Part shown: piece by piece, positions 26,552-33,861 of the stretch | Layout: each line of letters opens with the position of its first letter | Position numbering within the stretch: position 1 is the first letter of the stretch | From: Oribacterium sp. | Lineage (GTDB): Bacteria; Actinomycetota; Coriobacteriia; Coriobacteriales; Eggerthellaceae | Direction of reading: 5' to 3' | Length of the DNA stretch: 64,000 bases | Assembly: GCA_963592435.1 (NCBI GenBank) | Contig: CAVAWT010000007.1 | Coordinates: 1,297-65,296 of the forward strand | Program-made: the position numbers and the translations under genes | Notes under the pieces: model-generated | Database searches by the model: none | What the model was told of the DNA's origin: nothing | The model's input: only the letters and a program-made list of their open reading frames with translations

Positions 26552-27406
26552 TTGTGGATATTGAGCATCAACATTGACATATTAAATGATCAAGAATTAA
26601 AGGATTTAGTTCACAGCGTAAGTCCAGAAGCTGAATTTTCTAATGATTGCAGAATTTATAAGCAGGGAAGCGTTGCTTCCATGGTAACTTCAAGCGTGAT
26701 TTATAAAATAAGAGCCTTTAGCTCTGATGACAGAGCAGCCCCGTTTGATAACATCATGCGCCAAGCTTTTGTTTCTGAATATAAAGCTCTAGGTCTAAAC
26801 TTTGAAATATACATGGTTAACGACAGGAATTGTGTTTATAGAATTGAAAAACAACAAAAGATACGGGGTACGCAGGGAGTCGACCTTTCCTCGGATGAAA
26901 TTTTAAAAATGACTTCCATAATCAACACAAAAGTTGAGAAGAGACTTGAGTTCCCCCATCTTGCTTCTCAAATTTTAAATAAAGGAGGATTTGACGCGGT
27001 TGATAAAATTGGAATCGCAAGAGATTGTTCGTTTGAGGTAGCAGATTACGCTATTTATGAGAATAACGCTTTATGTTTGAATGATTCCGCATATTTTTTG
27101 GCGCTGATAGATGCGCAAAACAGATGGTGGGTGGATGGAGAGGAACAAATCATAAGAGTTAAAATGTCGTATGGCACTTTTTATTTTGCAAATTACATAG
27201 GCTTGTTCGACAATAACAAATTAGCGGTCGGAAATTTATTAAAAACTGTCTCTAAGTGGTGGCTTTTTCCAGAAGACTCGTCGCAAATCTTGCAGGATCG
27301 AAGTCGTTTAAGGGATGAACTATCAGACATGCTGTCAGACAATTTAGAAGTTATAATCACGGGAGAATTTAAGGACCTTAAGACTTATGATGGTTTTGAT
27401 GCTTAG
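26552..27406 (+). CDS. Partner domain B protein, short subtype (B6)
   Basis: 'VIYKIRA', 'ADYAIY', 'LNDSAYFL', 'MSYGTFYF', 'KWWLFP'. The TTG start lies 12 nt after 'AAGGTG'. Confidence 0.6.
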   Translation: MWILSINIDILNDQELKDLVHSVSPEAEFSNDCRIYKQGSVASMVTSSVIYKIRAFSSDDRAAPFDNIMRQAFVSEYKALGLNFEIYMVNDRNCVYRIEKQQKIRGTQGVDLSSDEILKMTSIINTKVEKRLEFPHLASQILNKGGFDAVDKIGIARDCSFEVADYAIYENNALCLNDSAYFLALIDAQNRWWVDGEEQIIRVKMSYGTFYFANYIGLFDNNKLAVGNLLKTVSKWWLFPEDSSQILQDRSRLRDELSDMLSDNLEVIITGEFKDLKTYDGFDA

Positions 27407-27584
27407 GAGGTGATGTCGATTAGCCGTAAGTTTGGTCTGGATGCTCCTTGACTAGCTCATATGAAAGGGGGTTACGAAACTGATTAGAATTGTTTCAAAA
27501 GATTTTAGATAATTACGTTCTTTGTGTCTAATCGAGGGCATGTCTGTGACCACTAGACGCTTGAATGCAAGGAGTTCGCTCTGT

Positions 27585-28730
27585 TTAATGTGAGGGATGC
27601 GTCGCATTCCAAATTTGCGTGCGGTCGCATATCATACACTCGTTACAATCAGCATAACCAGCATAGAAAGCATTATGCTTCTTGATATCTGGTCTAAGAA
27701 GGCAATTAGGGTTCGCAACAGATTCAATTGATTCCAACGATTCCTCGGTTGTTATTTTGTTGCGCTTTTGTATTTCTGGCACTTCTTTCTCATTGAAATT
27801 AACGTAGAGCTCATCTGCTCGAAAATTGATGTTAAATAGGCGATCGTAGGTCTGGGGATCTTGTTTTGCATATTTAATTAGGAATTTTCTAAAAGTTGAT
27901 CTTTTTGGAAAGAAATCAAACCCTGCTTCTTTGGTCATTTGTTTTTTAATAAATGTCAGATATTCATTTATTTTCCCTTCCTCGTTGCAAGCAACTAATC
28001 CACGAAATTCGTTTGCGCCATAAGCCATCTCCTCGGTTGGACCAGGTGATTTGTAGAACAATCCTGTCTCAAATTCCTTCATAAATTCTTCAGGAATAAA
28101 ATCACCTGTTATGTATTCCTCGCAGAAATTTTGGGTAAGTATGATTGTTGTGTTTTTTTTGATCCAAGGGTATTTGCCCCCAAGGTTTTTCATGTGATAT
28201 TCCCAGTTAAGTTTATTGTCTTCTGAATGGAATCTCCCTTTGGCATCCCAGCTTGTGCAAATCCAAAGCCCGCTCGCGCCATATTTTGGGTTGGGCCTAA
28301 CCCCGATTTTTTCTAATAAGTCTAATGTCTCGTAGAGGTCTTCCTGATCACCGATAGTCAGTGTCGCTGATATCCAAATTGAGCCAATTTTTTTATTTAA
28401 ATAATAGTTGCCAAGAATCTCGATTATCTCCGTAAAAGCTTTTTTCACATCAGCGTCTTTAAGTTGTCCCTGAAAAAATTCTCCTCCTATCAAAGAGATG
28501 CTGTTGTATTCATTAAAGTCCAAATTGCTTAATGCAAATTTGAGGTCGCTAAGGCTTTTTAGCTGGCGTTTTTTGTCAGTGTGTCGAGCTTCCTTTCCAA
28601 GGTAGCAAAATGAGCATAAGTTGTTGCAACACTTCCACAATTCCCACTGAAAAGTTTTTTTGCCGACATTGTGCGAGTAGAGAAGCTTTTCTTCACTTTC
28701 CGTTGATTTTTTGTTCACATATTCACTCAT
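27585..28730 (-). CDS. Radical-SAM-like protein, long 'A' subfamily (A6)
   Basis: 'FQWELWKCCNNLCSFC', 'HTDKKRQL', 'LIGGEFFQGQ', 'ICTSWDAKGRF', 'TIILTQN', C-terminal 'NPNC..KH..CNECMICD'. Confidence 0.75.
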   Translation of the reverse strand: MSEYVNKKSTESEEKLLYSHNVGKKTFQWELWKCCNNLCSFCYLGKEARHTDKKRQLKSLSDLKFALSNLDFNEYNSISLIGGEFFQGQLKDADVKKAFTEIIEILGNYYLNKKIGSIWISATLTIGDQEDLYETLDLLEKIGVRPNPKYGASGLWICTSWDAKGRFHSEDNKLNWEYHMKNLGGKYPWIKKNTTIILTQNFCEEYITGDFIPEEFMKEFETGLFYKSPGPTEEMAYGANEFRGLVACNEEGKINEYLTFIKKQMTKEAGFDFFPKRSTFRKFLIKYAKQDPQTYDRLFNINFRADELYVNFNEKEVPEIQKRNKITTEESLESIESVANPNCLLRPDIKKHNAFYAGYADCNECMICDRTQIWNATHPSH

Positions 28731-28934
28731 AAAACTTTTATTACTTTAAGATACTCGTTTTATTATAATTCTATTTCAAATTATGCTGAGAGTTTAAAGA
28801 AGTGAATTTTGGATGGTGATTTGATGAAAAGATTGTTTGTTAAATTTTGAGACTACTGCATGTCGGGGAGGGATATCTAATGTTGTATTTTTCAAAAAGC
28901 TGAGAGATGGGTTCTCTTATTGGAAAGCTCTAAA

Positions 28935-30383
28935 TTAATTGTTGATTCCATTAATAATTTGATCAAAGTCGCACATAATGCACCCCTCATCATCAGAATA
29001 GGCACGAAAAGCCTCATCGTGATCATTCTTGCATCCGTGCACTTGGTTCTTCTCAGTATGTTTATTTTCTGTGAAGAAGTGAGCAAGGAGATCCTTGTCT
29101 TGTCGAGCAAGTTTTAGGACAAATTTTCTAAACGTTGTTCTGCTTAGTCTTCTGGGTGTAGCTGAAATTTCGAATTTTAGGTCCGTTTTGAAATAGGCAC
29201 AAAAGTCCTTAAACGAAAAGTTGCCATCGAGATAAGTTTTGCAAAAGTCTTCCTCGAGAAAGATGGACGTTTGTTTTTTAACGTCTGGATAATGAGTGGA
29301 AATTGTAGTCATATGGGAAGCCCAATTAACAAATGAGTTTTCGTTGAGGCTATTTTCGTCTGGATTTAATCTGGTGCAAAGAACGACGTCTGCTGACTGA
29401 AGTTTTGCATTGTCTAATTTTTCATAAATTTTCTTTTCGGAAGACTCTGCGAGGTCTGATTCTATTATTGTGAGCTCTTTTTTAACATCAGCACATTCCT
29501 TCTCTTGGATCTCTTTGTTTTTAATTGTCGGACAATCAAAAGTTTGCACGCTTATTGCACGTTGAGCATCTCGCTCAGTTAGCAAGAGTGAATTGAACAT
29601 CGTGTTGCAAGCCAGCGTGTTTTCATAGCTCTCATCCATAGATACTAGTTTCCACGCGTGAAAAATTTGATCTACGCAGTTTGGGATGGAAACGTAAATC
29701 CCGCCTTGTTTGTCTACATCCATAAATTTTTTAAACAAGAAATGCCCAAGCTTGGTGGAAACCTCTATATCGCACTCTGTTTGAATGTCGAGGACTTCGT
29801 TTTCTTCATCTAAGAGAACTATGCAAAATTCAGCATCATCCAGCAAAATTGCTTGCTCTCCAAACATTGCATAATCGTTGTATTTGTTAAAATTGGTCCT
29901 GCTGAGTTTAAGTTGGCTGACGCGAGAAAACTCATCGCGTTTTTTCAATTCCTTTAAAATTTCATCAAATTTAAGATTTTGCTCAACTTTTTTGTAGATT
30001 TCAGAAATTGATAAGAGTATGTTTTCAAAGCCTCCACAATTGTTGGAATTGCAGACTTCTAGATTTTGGCGTTGTTCAAAATCAAAGATGCGACCATCCC
30101 TTTTAAATGATGAAAGATTCCATGTTAAACCTAATTCTTGGTAGATTTCAGAGAGCGCAACTCGGACCATATGGTCGAAGGCTTGTTTTTGTGCATCAAT
30201 TTCATAAATTTTGTAGACAAATTCATCTGTTGCAATAACTACTTGATTTGTGTAGCTTCTTAATTTGACTCCCACTGGAGAGAGGGATGTTTCGGTGTGA
30301 TCTTCAAGAACACTGATTGCATTCATTGCTCCATCAATTGTTAGGCTTTCTTGAAGAAAATCAAAATCTTTTCCAGTCGACAC
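28935..30383 (-). CDS. Fusion protein: B (long subtype, B7) + C-terminal half only of an A domain (A7, no radical-SAM core)
   Basis: GTG start lies 9 nt after 'AAGGAG'. The B part has 'FVYKIYE', 'YNDYAMF' and 'LLDDAEF'. The A remnant starts around 'VVLCTRLNPDE' (aligned to 'ICTSWD') and keeps 'SIFLEEDFCKTYLDGNF', 'RTTFRKFVLKLAR' and 'DDEGCIMCD'. There is no CxxxCxxC and no GGE block. Confidence 0.7.
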   Translation of the reverse strand: MSTGKDFDFLQESLTIDGAMNAISVLEDHTETSLSPVGVKLRSYTNQVVIATDEFVYKIYEIDAQKQAFDHMVRVALSEIYQELGLTWNLSSFKRDGRIFDFEQRQNLEVCNSNNCGGFENILLSISEIYKKVEQNLKFDEILKELKKRDEFSRVSQLKLSRTNFNKYNDYAMFGEQAILLDDAEFCIVLLDEENEVLDIQTECDIEVSTKLGHFLFKKFMDVDKQGGIYVSIPNCVDQIFHAWKLVSMDESYENTLACNTMFNSLLLTERDAQRAISVQTFDCPTIKNKEIQEKECADVKKELTIIESDLAESSEKKIYEKLDNAKLQSADVVLCTRLNPDENSLNENSFVNWASHMTTISTHYPDVKKQTSIFLEEDFCKTYLDGNFSFKDFCAYFKTDLKFEISATPRRLSRTTFRKFVLKLARQDKDLLAHFFTENKHTEKNQVHGCKNDHDEAFRAYSDDEGCIMCDFDQIINGINN

Positions 30384-30407
30384 TCTAGTGTTCTCCTTCT
30401 CGATCTG

Positions 30408-31238
30408 TCATGAGCAACACCTCATTTCGTCCTCCACAGAAAGAGAGAGCGCCATGACTGGAAAGTCTTTGTTCTGAGTTAGGATTTTCATATTGTCAGA
30501 ATGCATTTTTTTGCATTTTTCTATCATTGTTCTGCGTTCATCAATCATGTCTTTCCCTACCTCTAAAGGAAAGAGCCACCACTGAGTTGTGGATTCTAGC
30601 AGTCTTAGAGCAAGTTCAGTCTCTCCTTGTGGCACTTTCTTAGGCGCAAAAACAAATTTACCAAAAGCTGTATCGACCATAAAACTGTCTGCTTGGATGT
30701 TGCAGTTCCATCTTCCTGATTTATCGACTATTGCCAAAAAGGGTCTTGAGTGATCTGATTCAATGACGTTGCTACCAGCAACTGCAAACTCGAGATCTTC
30801 AACGAGCGTGTCTTGAGCAATACGCAGATATTCAACTTGGTTGATTCCAAATTTCTGCTTCAATTGGGCGATTAAGTGATGAAACCCCAGGTTGCTTTCT
30901 ACGCTACGTGTAATAATTGAAGCCCGTCTTCTTGCATCTTCCTGTGATATTTGAGCATCTTTAGAGCTAATTAGGTTTTCGTGCTCCTCAATGATGAGAA
31001 CATGTTCTCCTTTCTTCATTGAATAACATCGCCAATCTACTCCTATCTTTTGATATTCATCTGCAAAAGCGCTCAATAAAATCTTCTTGAACGTTACGCA
31101 AGGGTCAGAAAGCCAATGTGTGTGAATTCTGTAGGTGTTTGTTTGTGTTTCGAGGACAACATTATCCTTATCATCTAAGACACTAAATCGATTTAGTCCT
31201 AAAAGTGAAGCTATTTCTCTTACTGACAGTTCTGGCAT
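30408..31238 (-). CDS. Partner domain B protein, short subtype, most divergent copy (B8)
   Basis: 'NTYRIHT', 'EYQKIG', 'LEFAVAG', 'HSRPFLAIV', 'TAFGKFVF', 'QWWLFP'. It lies 6 nt downstream of CT2. Confidence 0.55.
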   Translation of the reverse strand: MPELSVREIASLLGLNRFSVLDDKDNVVLETQTNTYRIHTHWLSDPCVTFKKILLSAFADEYQKIGVDWRCYSMKKGEHVLIIEEHENLISSKDAQISQEDARRRASIITRSVESNLGFHHLIAQLKQKFGINQVEYLRIAQDTLVEDLEFAVAGSNVIESDHSRPFLAIVDKSGRWNCNIQADSFMVDTAFGKFVFAPKKVPQGETELALRLLESTTQWWLFPLEVGKDMIDERRTMIEKCKKMHSDNMKILTQNKDFPVMALSLSVEDEMRCCS

Positions 31239-31244
31239 AAATTA

Positions 31245-32834
31245 TTAATTAACCGTAATCATTGGAAAATTTCTTCTAGTTGCGGAGACATCGTAAAATT
31301 GATTCTCATCGACGAAGATGCTTACGATTTTAGGGACATCATTTAAATATAAAATTTCTTCTTGTAGACACCTTAAGTCATAAGGTGTTTCAACAATAGG
31401 AAACCCGTTTATGTTCAGCGAAGTGTTCACGAGGCATGGCACATGTGTTCTGTCAAACCAAGTCATGAGCAGATCATATAATTGGGGGTTGACTTTGCGT
31501 TTTAAGAGCTGTGGTCGTGTTGTGCCATCAACATGACAGACTGCTTGGAGTCTCGGTCTCCATTTTTCTTTTATTGTTAATGTTCGCAACATAAATTCAC
31601 ACATGTCAGTGTTTTCGACATCAAAGATTTTTGTAAAAAGCTCTTCTGGAACGATTGGTGCCAGTGGACGCCAGTTTTCTCTCCCCTTAATTTTGTTAAG
31701 TGACTCGAGCATTGATCTCTGTGATGGATCTGCAAGAAAGGATCTGTGACCAAGTGCCCTTGGTCCATACTCGGCGCATCCTTGAAACCATGCAATTACA
31801 GCGGAACTTTCAAGTTCCTTGCTAATAGTTAGGTAGGGTTCAAAAAGACATTCTCTTGGTCCTTCGACGTCCTCTGCTACGTAGTGCAGTCCAAGATAGG
31901 CTGATTCGAGTCTCTTTGAGCGCAAAGAAATTCCTCTTTTTTGCATCTCTTTAAATGTGGCTCCAATCGATTCGGCACACCCGTCAGATGGTTGTGGGCT
32001 TGCATAATAGTGTTTGAAATAACCAAGATCCACAATTCTAGAATTGGCAGGGCAATTGAGAATCCCTCCTCCGCTCAGACACAAGTTATCTGTTTGAATC
32101 CCTTTTTCTTCCAAGATTTCTTTTAGATATTTGATGAGACCCACAACAACATCCTCAAAATTTTTTTGGACTGTGAACGCAACATCTTTTGCAAGCATAA
32201 CGTCTTTTCTCTGAAGATGCTTGTCTCCAAGGAAACCCCGCAAATCGTTCTTTAAGAGTTCTTTGTCGCTGAAAAGGGTTTTTGTCTGCTCGTCGAAGTG
32301 CATATACTTTCGTCCATTGTTGCTACCATAAGCACTGAGCCCCATCATTTTGCCCTCGCCGAATGGTGTCTTGTGAATTATCAGAGAAGCCTTATGATAA
32401 AGGCCACATATTGATTGTTCATAAGGAAATTTTTTAAAGGTAATCGGTTTTTTGCCTTCTTCGATGTAGGCGAGAGTCGCACATTCCGTCTCGCCTCTCC
32501 CATCATTTATAAATACGGCGGAGTTTTTAAAACCACTTTGATAAAAACATTCATATATGTGGTTCTCGTGATGAATGTGTTCGGTTGCGTCTACCACAAT
32601 TTTTTTTAGATCATCATCTGAAATTTTTGCTTTTTGTTTAAATTTTTCTAAAGCAATTCGTGGCTTTTCACGGTCATGACGGCGATGAGACCATCTTTCC
32701 GCTTCGCTTGCAAATATAATATCTTGCCCGTCAAAGACAACACAGGCGTTGTCTTTTGTTCCACCATGGGGTTTGTTTATAGCATAGGGTCGCCCTGATC
32801 CCCAATTACTAAATGTGAATTTTAGCGAACACAC
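31245..32834 (-). CDS. Carbamoyltransferase, NodU/CmcH/TobZ family (CT2)
   Basis: Same blocks as CT1: 'FASEAERWSHRRHD', 'HHENHIYECFYQSGF', 'CLSGGGILNC', 'EYGPRALGHRSFLADP', 'IKGRENWRPLAPIV', 'CHVDGTTRPQ', 'VNTSLNINGFPIVETP'. GTG start lies 7 nt after 'AAAGGAGAG'. Confidence 0.8.
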   Translation of the reverse strand: MCSLKFTFSNWGSGRPYAINKPHGGTKDNACVVFDGQDIIFASEAERWSHRRHDREKPRIALEKFKQKAKISDDDLKKIVVDATEHIHHENHIYECFYQSGFKNSAVFINDGRGETECATLAYIEEGKKPITFKKFPYEQSICGLYHKASLIIHKTPFGEGKMMGLSAYGSNNGRKYMHFDEQTKTLFSDKELLKNDLRGFLGDKHLQRKDVMLAKDVAFTVQKNFEDVVVGLIKYLKEILEEKGIQTDNLCLSGGGILNCPANSRIVDLGYFKHYYASPQPSDGCAESIGATFKEMQKRGISLRSKRLESAYLGLHYVAEDVEGPRECLFEPYLTISKELESSAVIAWFQGCAEYGPRALGHRSFLADPSQRSMLESLNKIKGRENWRPLAPIVPEELFTKIFDVENTDMCEFMLRTLTIKEKWRPRLQAVCHVDGTTRPQLLKRKVNPQLYDLLMTWFDRTHVPCLVNTSLNINGFPIVETPYDLRCLQEEILYLNDVPKIVSIFVDENQFYDVSATRRNFPMITVN

Positions 32835-32869
32835 TTTCTGCTCTCCTTTGCAATATTCTTGACAATAGG

Positions 32870-32877
32870 ATTATACA
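32870..32877 (-). promoter_or_regulatory. Candidate -10 element (TG-TATAAT) for the minus-strand CT2 operon
   Basis: The minus strand reads 'ttgTATAATcc' (plus-strand 'attata' at 32870-32875 followed by 'ca'), about 36 nt upstream of the GTG. The -35 hexamer is weak. Confidence 0.35.
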
Positions 32878-33167
32878 ATGAATTTAAGCGTGTGGAAGGT
32901 TGGTGGTTGCATTCGGCCATAGACATGTGTATCGTGTAGGCGTTAAAAAATTTTTGTAGTAATCAAAATTACTTCTTTGTGATCTGGATTCAGCTCTACA
33001 AGAACTAAAATGGCTATTGGATATATAATGTAAATGATGGATGTCAATAACATGATTCTCACTAACGGCAAAATCTTTACTGCTATTTTTCTTTTTTTTC
33101 AACTATGAATAAGTAAACAGAGTTAATGCAAATGCCATATTTGCGCTATTTAGACAATTTTTTTTAA

Positions 33168-33204
33168 AAAGTGTCGCAAAGTGTTGCAAAGTGTAGTAAA
33201 ATGG
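33168..33204 (+). promoter_or_regulatory. MraZ operator-like array: AAAGTGT x3 (+ degenerate AAAATGG) at exactly 10-nt spacing
   Basis: 'AAAGTGTcgcAAAGTGTtgcAAAGTGTagtAAAATGG'. Boxes at 33168, 33178, 33188 and 33198, about 130 nt upstream of mraZ. Confidence 0.7.
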
Positions 33205-33332
33205 TTTGCACGGAAAACCTTGTGGAGTTTTGAACCTTAAAACTAAATACTTTATAAACATTTAATAATCACAGCTTAAACGCAGAATAATCACAACATC
33301 AAAACACCACAAACGACGCATAAGGAAGTGAG

Positions 33333-33806
33333 ATGTCAAAGAGCGACAACACAGAAGTTGCACCGAAGTCGACTGCCCAGATCGATCTCTTTGGTGAATT
33401 TCGTTTTAAAGTTGACGCGAAGGGCAGAGTTGCGCTTCCGTCGAAATTCCGCAAGGCCCTTTCCAATGATCTCATAGTGTCGCGAAACGTAGATGACGAA
33501 TGTCTCTACGTTTTCACGGCTGACACTTTTAATTCTTGGGTCAATCAGCTTTTCGAAGACAAATTTGGCGGTTTTAATGCAACAAGTCGCGCGCACGTCG
33601 CGCTTCGTCGCAAACTAAAAAGCAGAGCTGAGATGGTTGAGCCTGACTCTTCTGGAAGACTCACGCTGAAAGCTTCTTTGCGAGAAAGTGTTGGGATTAA
33701 TAAAGAGGTCGTTTTAGTCGGAAACACTGGATATTTTGAAATTTGGGCAGCAGAAGTCTATGACAAGATGATCGAAGATATCGATCTCACGAGATTTCTT
33801 GATTAA
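33333..33806 (+). CDS. mraZ: Transcriptional regulator MraZ
   Basis: Duplicated DxxGR modules ('VDAKGRVALPSKFR' and 'PDSSGRLTLKASLR'). First gene of the dcw cluster. RBS 'AAGGAAG'. Confidence 0.9.
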   Translation: MSKSDNTEVAPKSTAQIDLFGEFRFKVDAKGRVALPSKFRKALSNDLIVSRNVDDECLYVFTADTFNSWVNQLFEDKFGGFNATSRAHVALRRKLKSRAEMVEPDSSGRLTLKASLRESVGINKEVVLVGNTGYFEIWAAEVYDKMIEDIDLTRFLD

Positions 33807-33861
33807 TGAATGTGTGTTTTTGACACTGAACCATGAAAATTGAATATCGGCTTATGAGACC

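Noticed and set aside
27407-27460. 11-codon mini-ORF ('MSISRKFGLDAP') right after 'AGGAGG' in the convergent intergenic region, considered as a small precursor peptide
   Set aside because: The spacing between AGGAGG and ATG is only ~2 nt. The peptide has no Cys/Ser-rich character, and the 'RBS' overlaps the stop codon of the B6 gene.
8568-31238. Idea that domain B is a protein-kinase-like fold: 'YKI' as the beta-3 Lys, 'EY..LG' as the helix-C Glu, 'DDYA..N' as the catalytic loop and 'LLDD.DF' as DFG. That would suggest Ser phosphorylation and lanthionine-type chemistry on the Ser/Cys tails
   Set aside because: This is pattern resemblance only. The putative catalytic Asn and Asp are not conserved across the eight copies (for example 'LEFAVAGSN', 'SDYALFGEE'). 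The spacing between the two Asp blocks (~12) is shorter than the ~18 of kinases. I saw no Gly-rich loop and no lyase or cyclase domain. It is worth an HHpred or Foldseek test but cannot be claimed.
32884-33102. 72-aa minus-strand ORF in the large AT-rich intergenic region upstream of mraZ
   Set aside because: No RBS, low-complexity Lys start, and it lies in the promoter region. It is probably non-coding, though a small protein cannot be excluded without expression data.
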